A stretch of DNA of 64,000 nt, taken from assembly GCA_002104905.1 (NCBI GenBank), contig MCFE01000051.1:124001-188000 (forward strand), written 5' to 3'. The DNA comes from Basidiobolus meristosporus CBS 931.73. Its lineage: Eukaryota; Fungi; Basidiobolomycota. This document shows positions 35,327 through 47,240 of this stretch, one piece after another. A program made the translations under genes and the position numbers. The notes below the pieces were generated by a model. That model was not told where the DNA came from, searched no databases, and saw only the letters and a program-made list of their open reading frames with translations. The first letter of the stretch is position 1; each line of letters opens with the position of its first letter.

Positions 35327-37346
35327 TTAGTGTCGGTGGAAACAATTGTTGCAGCTGTCTTTCCTGAACACGTTGGGTATGTATTCTTCACAGCCACATT
35401 GGTTGCATGATCCCATGTCGTTCTCCTCGTCAAATGGACTTCCAGTGAGGCGAGACTGGGGCTTAGCGATAGCTGGCCTAGAGGGAGGTGAGGCCTGTTT
35501 AGGAGCAGAGCTCGCTACCCGATTTCCAGATGCCATACGTGATGCAGGTGTCGATGAGGTAGGATTAGGCTGGCTTCCGCGACGAGGGGGGGGTGGTACC
35601 CTTCTGCGGGTGGGGACATCAGAGGGCTCTGACTCTGGGCCGTTGACCATACCAGCACCATTCTCACGGCCAGCTGGAGCGACGTTACTGGTGGTTCTTC
35701 TAGGAAGAGGAGGGTGCTGTTGGTTGGACTCCACGAATATTTCCTCGACGTAGTTCGATGGGAATATACCAACTCTCTTGCCGCTGTTGTCGACAATCTC
35801 GCCAACCCACCATCCGTCATCAATTTCATCGAGAACGGTCACTATATCTCCTTTGCGAATGGACAGTTCGTCGTTGGACTCCCCGTCAAACCCGTACAAT
35901 ACCCGAACTTGCTTCCGACTGCTGGCAACGGGTAACGTGACTGATCGTCTAAGCGGAGGCATGGGTTCAGGTACCGATGAGCGACCGACAGGTCGGACAC
36001 CGGTGTTTGATCTTTGCAATGAGCCAGAGTTCGGGGAGTAATCGTTGTACCCGCTGTTGCTTTTTGGCATGTCAAAGTAGGAATTACCACTCGAGTTTCC
36101 AGGTGTAGTGGGTGTTCTACTATAGCCACCATAACTGCCTTCACTGGGCTCGTACTCGTCGTAGCTGCTGGAATATGATGAATGGAAAGATCTCATACGA
36201 CGGAGTGACCCGTTTGCTTCTCCACGGTTGGCAAAACTGGGCTTTCTGCGAGGGGCTCTATTGGCGTAGTACTCGCTAGCGGCCCTCTCATTGAAGGCAT
36301 CTTTAATCGAGGACAGAACCTCCACTCCACGTTGGAAGAAGGCGAGTTGAGCATCGTAAAAAGCGTGCAAATCCTTCAGGCTATGTTCCTATCCGAGAGA
36401 CAACTGTCAACACCACACACCGCTCGAAATTGACCAGCCTACGATCAAAAACAAACCTCGGTATCGCTAATGTTAGCCATCCTTTGATATGCATCCTCCA
36501 TGGTCTCGTTGAACTTCATCTCCGCTGCTCTCATTTGCTCTTCTAGCTCCGGCTTTTCTTTCTTGGACTTCTGAACAGAGTTCAACTTTGCATTGTAATC
36601 CAATCTGCGCGATTCGAGCTTCTTACGAGATTGCTAAAGATTTCCATAAGAAAGCGTTAGCGCGAGGATGGGGTGGCACAAGAAGAGCCCGTATGGTACC
36701 TGAAGCTCCTTCATTTCGTCCAATGTACGCTCCAAACCTCCGAAGTAGCTTTGACGGAACTGCATGGCCAAATCCATCTGCGCGAAACCTATTTGCTCTT
36801 GAGCTTCACCGACCTTGATCATGGCCTGACCTGTTGACACGAGAGCATGTCACGCTGGTTAGAGGGTATGAACATGAAAGCAAGAAATACAGAATCTGGG
36901 CTATCTCACCATATGGGGAGTCTCTTGGGAGCAGTTGACCGTGGGAAACCATGGCATGGGCCAAAGAAACCACCGGGGAGACTTTGTTCTTGTCGTCGGC
37001 ACCTTTTTTTCTTTTTTCTACACAGAAGGATGGGTGGAGACGGTTAGCAACGAGAGGGAATGCTAGCTGACGACGGGTGATAACGTACCAAGTGTTTTGA
37101 GATACATCTCGGAAGAGAGGTAGAGCTTTTCCAGATTATCCTTCTTGGCATCAGTCTCTAGTTCGAGTCTCTGAAACTCGTCACTACACTCGGTCTTGTT
37201 GGCTTTACCAAGCTTCTCGCCGGTCCACTTTGTAAGGCGAGAAAGAAGATGTGTTAATATTCATGGAGGGTGTACAATCCATGCTGAGTGAAGGGGAAAC
37301 TAACCTGTTTAAATTTACCTAGGTTTTTACCGATTGTAGCGGCCAT
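35327..37346 (-). CDS. N-BAR plus SH3 domain protein with C-terminal Cys/His module; multi-exon
   Basis: MAATIGKNLGKFKQ-WTGEKLGKANKTECSDEFQRLELETD, ESRRLDYNAKL, FYDAQLAFFQRGVEVL, SH3 VRVLYGFDGESNDELSIRKGD...GWWVG...GIFPSNYVE. Confidence 0.88.
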
Positions 37347-38545
37347 TGCAAGTAGAGATCGAAATACAGTGGTGGTCGAAAGGAGTGTTGTTCAGAACCC
37401 GAAGTATAAAATAGGATGTGGGTGGGCTCTATGGCTACACAAGCGCGTTACTTGTCGTAAAAATCCAGAATTAACTAGGCATCCGCGAACCATAAATGCA
37501 TTATATACCACCAAGGAAACAGTTAGCACCTACGCCATGCCCTCACTAGCATTTCATAATTTGACCAAATGAAATGCCATCCAGAATTCAAGATCAATTG
37601 GAACAATTATTATGATCTCGTGAGAGCCAGACTATTCTTGAGAGCTTTAAATGTCCATATTCTCGGATCCATGGAAGTCCCAGTTTGTTCGACTGGTATA
37701 TATTTGTAGTTGATTCCTAAATAAAACAAACACCGACAGTCCGTAAATAGCCAATGAACATCAATAAGCTGGAGAGGTGGACGCATTTGAGTCCAATCAA
37801 GCTGTGTGGAAGCGTGATTTGTCTAACAGGAAGCCATAGAAAGTGGCTTACACTTCAGTGGACTAATAGAGTTAAAAAATTACGATCTATTGTAGCCGTT
37901 GAATGGTTGTTTATGGACCATGGCCTTCGATAAGATTGCATTGTACTACACAATGCCAGGTAATTTTCTGCCAATTCCAGCTTTGTACGGCCTTGGATCC
38001 GGATTCAATACTCCATTTGCTCTTTACTGGGTAATTCCAGAGGATGACCGCTGCATAGTGGTTGCCGGTTCCCATTTCAGAAACCTTAGTTAGTGAGGTA
38101 TCATACAGGTTCGAGATCCAACATATGGCGAATCGACGGTGCCCATACTGAGCATCAGCGCCAAATCACGTGGTGCGAACCAAATGGTCGAGATTGTGTT
38201 CATACAGTCATCACTTCCGTATAGTGGAGTGAGCTTGATGCTATATTTGCAGGCCATCAATGAACACACACGACTAATGATTCTTCGGAACAAACCGCCA
38301 ACGAATTTATTTCCAAAAAACAGAAAGGCAATAACCGCCACCACCACTGTAACCACCGGCTCTTCTGCTGATGAAGTATAGCGCGACTAGAGGGAAGAAA
38401 AAGGCAGATTATACGTTGAAGAGATAGAACAATGAAACCGAGATAAATGCTGTCTAACTAAAAATGTCCATTTGTAAAGAAGAAAATAATAATTGTCCGT
38501 AGATAATGTCCGTTATAAACAAGAGATACTTGAAAACCAGTAAAA

Positions 38546-39883
38546 TCATTTTTTCAAATAACCAGAAATGCGAAGCGCCTCTGCGAGGTCTTCTATTAAA
38601 TCATCCGCGTCCTCGATCCCAACACACAGGCGAATGAGATCCTCCGGGAGGGCTCTCTCCTTCCTAATATGAGCGGGAATGCTGGCGTGTGACATACGAC
38701 AAGGCATACTAAGCAAACAAAGTGTAAGAACTCGATCCCTATTGCCGACCAAATCTACAACCCCAACACAAACCTGATTAAAGAGTTGATGCAACCAAAG
38801 CTTACGCTGATAGCCCAAAGATTGACAGCCTCAACAATTCTTTCACTCATCTCGACATCACCAGTAGTAAAGCTAAGAACAGCACCAGCTCCACGTGCCA
38901 TGGTATGGTGAAGCTCATATTGAGGGTGGGAGCGCAATCCAGGGTATAGGACCTTCACCCCATGGCTTTCGAGAAATTCAGCAATGCGCATGGCATTGGC
39001 TTGCTGCCTGTCCATACGCAGTCCCAATGTCTTGACCCCACGCAACAAAAGCCAGCAGTCAAATGGAGCAAGCCCGCATCCGGATGCGTTGATGACAAAG
39101 AAAATTCTCTTGGCGACCTCCTCATCCTTCACCCCGATGATACCAGCCATCAAGTCATGGTGGCCACTGAGATACTTGGTGCCGGAGTGGTACGAAATGT
39201 CTGCGCCCAGTTCGAGAGGCTTTTGCAGGTAGGGAGACATCATGGTATTATCCACTACCACCAATGCCTTCGGACAATAGCGGTGAACCATCTGAGAAAT
39301 TGTGGGAATGTCGGCGATTTTGATCAATGGATTCGTCGGTGTTTCCAGAAGAACTAGACGAGTTTTTTCAGCGTTGAGCACGGGCTCAATACAAGCGGGA
39401 TTGGTGGTGTCCACATGATGGACAGTTATGTTGGAATGCTCTTTGAGATAAGTTAGCAATCTGTTGCTGCCACCATACAGGTCATCGCCAGCAATAATCT
39501 CGTCACCAGAGTCCACCAGACGAGTGATAACATCAAGAGCGGTCATACCAGTGCTGACAGCAAATGCCTTCTTGGCCCCCATGATCTTTGCCATGTGACT
39601 TTCTAGATAACAAACACTACTTAGCAGGGGGAGCATTCCAATGGGAAAATGCCAAACACAAACCTAACTGTGTACGAGTAGGGTTGCCCGAACGAGTGTA
39701 GTCGTATTCGCCCATATCGTGAAGTGAGGGCTGTTTGAAGGTGGCGGTTTGATAAATTGGGACGGACGCAGCATGGTATGGATCACGAACACCGGTACCA
39801 TCTGAATTGTCGATGAATACCAGCTCAGTGGCTGGCTTATACTTCCTTGGAACTACAGGATTGTTGGAGGAAGCGACGGTCAT
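38546..39883 (-). CDS. STR3: Cystathionine beta-lyase (Cys/Met metabolism PLP enzyme); 2 introns
   Basis: ASVPIYQTATFKQ, YDYTRSGNPTR, STGMTALD, LETPTNP, VVDNT, SGTKYLSGHHD (PLP lysine), VSFGCINSL, LIRLCVGIED. Confidence 0.93.
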
Positions 39884-40099
39884 GGTTGTGTCTCGTTACG
39901 ATGGAGCGATGAGTGCAGAGGGAGTCCACCATGGCGTCTTATACTTCAACTCGACCATAATCTTGCGAATTTTTCTTATTCTGGATTGGTCGGCTATATC
40001 CTTGGTGATTTTCGGCAATCTCATTTAAAGTGGGGGAATCAAGTATACGAATATATTTGATACTGTAGACCATATGCAAGGAGATAGAGGTGATCATAA

Positions 40100-40346
40100 T
40101 GACTCAACTCCCAGCGGGAGATGAAGATGGATCATGATGTTTCATACGACCTTTTCTAGCGTTCCGATCCTTGTCGAGTGTAAACCCTCCGTACCAGCCG
40201 CCTGATGACGAGTACTCATTAAGCCTCTTCTATATATGGGGCCTGTGACCACAAGTGTGACTCACTTCACTACCAAGCAGGTTGAATTCATCACTGCTGA
40301 TATCAAGGCATGCATAACAGACATTCACTGCGATAATAATGAGTCG
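40100..40346. promoter_or_regulatory. Putative Gcn4/CpcA response elements upstream of STR3
   Basis: TGACTCA at 40100-40106 and 40258-40264, plus one-mismatch TGAGTCG at 40340-40346, 217-463 bp upstream of the STR3 ATG. Confidence 0.5.
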
Positions 40347-40985
40347 TGATTTATGTGTTGAAATCTGATTCTACCCCACCACTGGGTGTGATGGGGTCGA
40401 ATAAAAGATTTTATTATTCAAACAAATTTCATTTGATTACTCAATGAAATATGCCTAGAAGATTGAGTGGATACTGGAAATTCAGGATCAAATAGCCAGT
40501 CCTTTGATTACGTTCTGTTGCTGATGCCAAAGGGATCGTAACAAGAACACGAATGTTGGTTAGCACTTCAGGGAGCACAGTGCAAGTTGCTAGAGTACCT
40601 AGCAGCTAAAGAGAGCGGGGAAATCACCAAGAGGCGAAATCCCTACTGGATGAGGGGAAAATCATCTAACTCATTGTGAAGATACCCAAATATCACAGAA
40701 ATGTCCGGGTCAATGAGATCGAAAGATAAAAGGGGGAAAAAATATGACAAAGAAAAGAAACCCAAGAAAAAGTCAACTCGGGTTTCGGAGTCTAGAAAAC
40801 TCAAGAATTAAAAAGAAATAAAAATCAAACCTATACTACTTCTTCTGTATAGAGAGCATGTAATATAAACATTGACGAAGTATCAGTTGTGCGTGGTTGG
40901 CATGCGAGATGCTGACCCACGAACAACCAACAAAGAAGAGATTCATAAGGAAAGTATATATATACAAATTCCCGCGGGAATCCCT

Positions 40986-41876
40986 CTAAGCCGGAACGAA
41001 TATCGAGGTTTGAGGCAAGCCTAAGGAATCCGGAGGGAAGCCCTGATAGTAGGGAAGATTGAAGGTGGGGTAGCCTTGAGCATGCACGGGATGAGCCTCC
41101 GGATAATAACAAGGAGCAGCATTATTATATACTTGAGGGGCTGGCGAAAAACCATTACCGCCACCGTTCAAGAGACTTAGCAATTTTTGAGATCTAAGAC
41201 GGAGTTCGTTCTCAGACACAAACGGTTGAGGAGCAACATTAATAGGTTGATGATAGCGTGAAGTGAGACCCGGCTCGTGGTAGGTATGAGTTGAAGGTGA
41301 CTTATGTACAGGACATTTAGGGCTGGATGAACGTCCATTGAACACCGGAACTGGAAGGGCGTCAGGAGTAGGGGCATTGCTGAAAGTGGGGCCAGCATAA
41401 AGTCCTTTCTTCTTGGACTCCCGATTGGGATTACGACGAGGGGAAGACTCTTCGTCCAAGATTAAATCTGGAGTGGTTTCACGACTGATGTTTCTAGGAC
41501 TGGCACCAGATTTATGCTTTCTATAAATGTCATCGGCAAGAAAAGAATTACGTGGAGGAGTAGAAACTTCAAAACTATCGGAATCGGATGAATAGGGGCT
41601 GACACCCTCCTCCTTGACGTGATGGCGACGAGAGGATTGCTTTTTACCGTTGTGTTTGGGTAAAGGCGATTGAGGAGCGGGCAAATGTTTCCTCTGAGGA
41701 CTGGTATAGTCGTTGGTTTTGGGGTACGTGTTTTTAGTAGGTGTCTGAGGGGCACTTTTAGAACGGTGGGTGTTCTCGCGTTTTGTTGTGGAGGCGTGGG
41801 CGGCCTCGTTGCGGCGCGAGTGGTTTTTCGTAGGGGTTCTTGGGGAAGAATGCTTTTGGAATCTTGAAGTCTCCAT
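40986..41876 (-). CDS. Edc1/Edc2-PNRC-like mRNA decapping enhancer (disordered protein)
   Basis: Low-complexity S/P/K-rich ORF containing LYAGPTFSNAPTPDALPVPVF (41340-41399), the YAGxxF...P..LP.P motif of PNRC/Edc1. Confidence 0.75.
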   Translation of the reverse strand: METSRFQKHSSPRTPTKNHSRRNEAAHASTTKRENTHRSKSAPQTPTKNTYPKTNDYTSPQRKHLPAPQSPLPKHNGKKQSSRRHHVKEEGVSPYSSDSDSFEVSTPPRNSFLADDIYRKHKSGASPRNISRETTPDLILDEESSPRRNPNRESKKKGLYAGPTFSNAPTPDALPVPVFNGRSSSPKCPVHKSPSTHTYHEPGLTSRYHQPINVAPQPFVSENELRLRSQKLLSLLNGGGNGFSPAPQVYNNAAPCYYPEAHPVHAQGYPTFNLPYYQGFPPDSLGLPQTSIFVPA

Positions 41877-42199
41877 TATGCGGCCAATAGAAGTTTTAAT
41901 GGTTCGGTAAGCGGTGGATGAACTTGTGCGGGTTCAAAGGCATAAAACGTCAACTAGGTGTGTACGAGGAAATGTAAAGCCAAAAAAAGAGCAAAGGCGT
42001 TGTTTCGTTGAGCAGTACAGTGTGGTAGCCAGGTTAGAAAAGGGCTTGTGAACGAAACGTACGCGGAAGTAGATTAAAAATTAAATTTAAACTACTAGAG
42101 AATCGTGAAAACAGGGACAAGGGAGTTTTTTTGGGTTTTTTTTAACTTTAAATGTAAACGAGAGAACGTTATAGACGGTCTAGGAATTAGACTGAAGAG

Positions 42200-43760
42200 T
42201 CAGAGGGTGGGAACGGAAAAAAAGATAATGAATCAATATCACAGAGGATATGCAAAGGAGGATTAGGAACGCTTATATCCAAAATAATCCGCTGCATGCC
42301 ATCTTCATGATTGGATGATGTGAAAGATTGATCTAGTCGATTCCAATGTAAAACCAAGGTGAGGAATTCGTACTCTTTTCCTATTTTTACTTTCACTTTA
42401 GATATATTGGCGAGTGATATATTTCCAGTATAATTAATTTTCGGCAAATACCCCATTTTCAGTGCTGAAGATAGACTTTTTAATTGAATTCTCTGCAGAA
42501 TTACTACATATTGTATATATTACAATGGAATGAAGCAAGATTGTATTAAATCAGATGATATCCTATATCGGATCGGATCATGTTCCCCTCTACTTTTACT
42601 AATAGAAATCGATTCAGCCGAGACCACCACCAATCCACGGCCATTATTCCCATTTGGCTGATGATGATCGAATGAACTCCATTTTATGGAAAGAAATATA
42701 GACTGCGTGTTCCGGTTGTGTACACATGATTGGAGTATGCCTGGTGACTCGATCCAAATGTCATCCATGAAAGTTCTTCAGTGGCAAAACCCCATTTCTA
42801 CGCAATCTACACCCGAACATGATAAGCCAATGATTTTACTGCTCCAATCCTCTTCATACATACAATACATTGATCCTTCCTTGAGTGTCAGACATCGAAA
42901 CACTTTATTTGTCGTTTCAGCACCTGGAGAATATTGGACTTCTGCTTGACGAATGTGTAACTGATGACTTCATTACCGCATTGAAGCATATGGCGACTAG
43001 AGTTTAGCCAAATGCAGAGTCGACACTGGATTGGAAAAGGTGGGATTCGGTGCTTCTGGCGACGACTCTATTCTAAATCCACCTATTCTCGCACCAAACG
43101 ATGTTACAAATCACGCGTTCCAGAGTTCGTGCCATGTCATCAACCATAGTACATGGAACTCCACCCATACTCGAGGGAACGTGATGTGGTGTGCAGCCAA
43201 TGCATATGCCCACTGGGTTAAGTCTCCCGCAGATTTTTTTCCCTGCCCCTCCTCTCCCCCGTTGATTGAGGTAGATCATGGTCAGGCATGAGGGGATTAG
43301 ACTCCTGGCTAGTGGCATACTTTGCACCACAATCATTTGGTGGAATGTACCACTATCATGTACATTAATGGAATTTTGGTTTTTGATGCTGAATCATCTA
43401 CATTGAGCCTGATGCCCCTTAAACAACAGTGGCTTCGAACGTTAGGTTTCCCATTGTATAACCTCATCGAACTGATGTTGTTTAATAAACAAATATATAT
43501 TCATTTGTATATGCACTCAAGGTGGTGTTTGAACCGGAAACCCAATCTGGGCAAATTGCCTTTTTGGTGCGAAACGCAAACTGGTCCTATTGTGGATTTG
43601 GAGCGCGTGAATTTGGAAGCGGGTCCATACAAGACGAAGGTGACTCGAAAAAAAATTCTTCCCAAAAGATCTTTCATGTGATTTGATACACATCGCATCA
43701 TGTCTGTATCAGTCCGGTCTTCCATATTCGGCATTGTGGGTGGGTTTATTACCATCGAGG
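42200..43760 (-). mobile_element. Degenerate non-LTR (LINE, L1/Tx1-like) retrotransposon remnant, 3' half of RT ORF
   Basis: Broken frames give, in expected order, LYGPASKFTRSKST (~LYExASxAKLNxxKS), PRLGFRF (~YLGFPF), LNPVGICIG / TFPRVW / LERVICNIVW (~LSxxGRxxxxNSLxxSRxW...LxxxIxxFxW) and LCDIDSLSFFPFP (zf-RVT-like). A-rich tract at 42126-42143 on the minus strand. No clear YADD found. Confidence 0.45.
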
Positions 43761-44498
43761 GTGCCACCACGATATCCACTTTGGTGCGGACTATTCATAT
43801 CTTCGAGTACGAATCTGTCCCGCCTTACCCGGCTGTCATCAGGGTTCAATCCCGCCTTTCCCGGCGGCCGTCTTCAGGGTTCGTTGTGTGTGGTGGCTCA
43901 TAGTTGGTTTAGCCAGAAGCATACCGATTTCCATAATGGTCAGGCCCACACAAGTGGGGTATTGGGTCATAGGGTGCTTCTTATTTATAATGGTATGCTG
44001 TCAGGGTTTACTTTATTGGCAATAGGCCTTCCACCAGTGGTTCTCTGTGCTGATGCTGGTCATTTGAAGGCACAGAGTTAGTTGATGTAGCTGTGGTCTT
44101 GGCCAGGGAGATTGTCTGGTGCCGGAGACCAATGGTGATGGGCCGACTCTTTCCGATATTACTCGGTTTCCAGAATATCCAACCTGGGTAGGGATTGGGT
44201 GCGGAGCTGAATCGATATTTGCTCGCCAGGCTGGTATATTGTGTATATTTCACAGACGCTTGGCTCGGTCATTAAACATCGTATCAAATCATGATTGACT
44301 GGCCAGATGAGCAATGGGGTGTACAACAACAATATACAATTCAATGAAATTAGCAGTCATGTTGGAGTAAGAAGGGGATCAAAAATTTCGACGCTATGGT
44401 GTATGGTGTGGGGGGGGGTGAATGGTGTTTTGAACAGCGCAGTGGACATGTAGTTGGCGTACACTTGGGATAAAGGATGGCTAGCAAAGCGTTGGGGT

Positions 44499-45914
44499 TC
44501 AGGTCATTTCTTTGACGATTGTTTCTTGATCTTCCAAGGTGGCTGGGTCGGCGGAGGGGATCTCTTGGTTGTTATGGATGCGCATGTGCTGGTGGAGATT
44601 ATCGGAGCGCGAGAAGCCTTTGGCACATCCTTCAACTGGACATATGTATGGGCGTTCGCCTGTGTGGGTGCGGACATGGCGTTTGAGATGTTCATAGCGT
44701 TTAAACTTGCGCCCGCACATGTCAAATGAACACACATAGTTTCGTTTGTCTTTATTTGGAGGTAGATTTTTGGTTTGATTTGGGGTGATATATGGCTTGC
44801 GCATACCCCACGTACAGCTGTTTAGCGCCATGTTTCTTCGCCTCTGCTTATACGCAGGTGATCCCTCAAACAGATTCATCACGTTGAGCATCTGTCCCAT
44901 CTGTCCCTGGGCCGCGGTGCCATACACCTTCATCTCCTCCGGGAGTGACCAATCGCCGGGTGCAGTGTTGGCTCCATCCTCAAAAGGGTTGGATTCCAGC
45001 AAGAAATGTGACGAATCCAGCATGGTTTTGTTAATTGTATCCGGGTTGGAGGACTTCAGAATCTCCATATTAGGTAGGTAGACCGGTTCCGGTGTGGGAA
45101 AGAAGTCACTGCGTTGAGCCTGGGTTGATGGTGTGCCAGGGCTCCGCTGGTCTGCCACGAAGGTTAGCAGCGAGTCCTGGGTGAGAGGCCCCAGGTCTTG
45201 AGGGTTGTTGAGATGCTCGAGAAAGGAGAATGATTTCGCTTCGGTGCAAATGTTGTCTGTGATCCACTTGTCTATAAGGACATCCCCATCCTCAAAGTAG
45301 ATCCGCGGGTCCCTTTGGCTCGAGGCTGAGGAAGGTGTTTGTGCCTCATTCAATTCGTCAGAGGACTCGCTGAGCGGAGCGTTCATGTTGGCCGCCACTG
45401 TTACGGGCGAGGGTATGGTCCTTGGCACGCCAGGGTCTCGGGGATTCAGAAGGGAAGTTGTTGTCTCTATGCCCAGCGCCTCTCGTTTGAGGTCTCTTTC
45501 CAAGGCGTCCATGAAGAGACGGTCGTGTGGAACAGAGTACCAGAAGAACACCTTTTGTTTCTTCTGAGTCCTGATTGAGTTGTTCTTGTATAGCATCTCC
45601 AAAAACTCCGAGCGTGGTTCTTCCAGCGTTGCATCGATGCCTGGTTTTAGATTGCGCAGGTCACTGAACACACCCTCCTCGAATTTTTTCATGTTCTTCA
45701 CAGGTCTATTGAACATCTGGAAGCGGAACACCAAGCAGCGGACGATGTCGGTTCCTGTGATGTGGAAGAGGTTGTTCCAGAGCACACAAGAGATGTATTC
45801 ACCATTGGGTAGCAAAAATCTTCGAATCGACTGATCGGGGTTCCAGTTGGTGGGTGCGGTGGCTAAGAAATATTTGAGTTGTTCTACTTGTTCTAAGGCA
45901 GACTGATTTTCCAT
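44499..45914 (-). CDS. STE12: Ste12/SteA transcription factor (STE homeodomain-like plus two C2H2 zinc fingers), intronless
   Basis: LKYFLATAPTNW, ISCVLWNNLFHITGTDIVR, KKFEEGVFSDLRNLKPG, RTQKKQKVFFWYSVPHDRLF, FEGSPAYKQRRR, CSFDMCGRKFKRYEHLKRHVRTHTGERPYICPVEGCAKGFSRSDNLHQHMRIH. Confidence 0.97.
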   Translation of the reverse strand: MENQSALEQVEQLKYFLATAPTNWNPDQSIRRFLLPNGEYISCVLWNNLFHITGTDIVRCLVFRFQMFNRPVKNMKKFEEGVFSDLRNLKPGIDATLEEPRSEFLEMLYKNNSIRTQKKQKVFFWYSVPHDRLFMDALERDLKREALGIETTTSLLNPRDPGVPRTIPSPVTVAANMNAPLSESSDELNEAQTPSSASSQRDPRIYFEDGDVLIDKWITDNICTEAKSFSFLEHLNNPQDLGPLTQDSLLTFVADQRSPGTPSTQAQRSDFFPTPEPVYLPNMEILKSSNPDTINKTMLDSSHFLLESNPFEDGANTAPGDWSLPEEMKVYGTAAQGQMGQMLNVMNLFEGSPAYKQRRRNMALNSCTWGMRKPYITPNQTKNLPPNKDKRNYVCSFDMCGRKFKRYEHLKRHVRTHTGERPYICPVEGCAKGFSRSDNLHQHMRIHNNQEIPSADPATLEDQETIVKEMT

Positions 45915-46133
45915 GGTTGGGTTGATCTAGCAAATTGGAAACAAGACAACGATGTAATAAGGCAAGTCTATTAATTTCAATCCGAGGGTTCCTCTATTTA
46001 CTATACAACAGGTAGGACGAAAAGGCATGAAGTGAGTCTACGAAAGCCGAAACATAGGCTATTTATGAGAACATGGGTGATGTCCCGTATGTGAGCGACC
46101 CCGTGGTTAAACACTGAGATTTACATACATGCT

Positions 46134-46230
46134 TTTTGCCTGCTTTTAGCACCCTTTTCTCAGATATCCACCTTTTGCCTGCTTTTAGCATCCCATTCTG
46201 AGATGTGTTTTTAGTATCCTATTCTGAGGT
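46134..46230. repeat. Imperfect direct repeat (TTTTGCCTGCTTTTAGCA...CT(C/G)AGAT x2 plus a partial third copy) in the STE12 upstream region
   Basis: Units read directly at ~46134 and ~46173, partial copy at ~46205. Confidence 0.8.
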
Positions 46231-46900
46231 TTCCGCTGATATAAGATAGACTTTGCCGAATCATGTTTAATATCAATGATCAATGGGTGCTGCATTGCTT
46301 TCTCGGCAAAGCCCTGAACTCTTCTGTAATCCCGTCTAGGCCGAGGCAAGGTTGTTTATCCTTCCCTTTGCGCGACCAACTGATGTTTAGGAGGTTAGAT
46401 CAGCATCGATATCATCTGAAGGTACGTTGATCTGCATGCGGCGAGCGACACATGAGGTTTGACAAACATTGATGTGCAAGTCAGACTCTCATGCACCTAT
46501 CCAGGGTCTTGCAGTTAAAGTATACCTTAATACTCACGAACTGGTACGTGGCACATGCGACGAGGTCACCGCCCTTCTGCCCTTCAAGCCCCTAAAGGTA
46601 CGCTGTGGTGAAGATTCACAGGGCTGTGGGAACGTGTACGATACATATCTGAGCGATACTCTGCCTAAATGCCAAGATAAATAGCATTTATCCACGCATG
46701 GTTTTAGATGTGTTGGTCACTATTCAAGGCTGCGGTAAAGAGGGTCCATTGAGGACTGTGTTGGAAGGATGGCTGGACTGGGTTGAGGAGCGGGATTGAG
46801 TTGAGCATATACTCACTACTCACCAAAGTTTCCTAATCTGGTAAATTGGCATCATGTGTAGATATCGGAGATCAAGGTGACTTTGGAATGATCAATCTAG

Positions 46901-46936
46901 TGCAGGCTATCTATTGCAGGCTACCTATTGCAGGCT
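46901..46936. repeat. 14-bp tandem repeat (TGCAGGCTA(T/C)CTAT) x2.5
   Basis: tgcaggctatctat tgcaggctacctat tgcaggct. Confidence 0.85.
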
Positions 46937-47170
46937 CAGTACAACAGCCAGGCAATATCTATCATGCAAGCTAGTGGGCAGATCAGGAGAAGGATATTTC
47001 CTCAACATGTTGTTTTAGGTTGTGTGTATGGATATCGATTGTATGTTGGGCCGGAAAATTTCCGGGTTTCGCAGATCAACTTCAAGCCAGCTAACTAGCT
47101 GACATTGGCTCAATAGTTTGGTTATTATGAATGGTGTATTTCACGTCATGGTGATACCAGAAGCACTGGC

Positions 47171-47240
47171 TTACTTGGTCGCAATAATATCTCCTCATAG
47201 CAATGTTACTTGGTTGCAATAATATTTCCTCATAGCAATG
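47171..47240. repeat. 35-bp tandem duplication
   Basis: ttacttggtcgcaataatatctcctcatagcaatg / ttacttggttgcaataatatttcctcatagcaatg (2 mismatches). Confidence 0.92.

Noticed and set aside
46100-47240. Short repeats considered as a CRISPR-like array
   Set aside because: Two to three adjacent copies without unique spacers, in a eukaryotic context with no cas genes.
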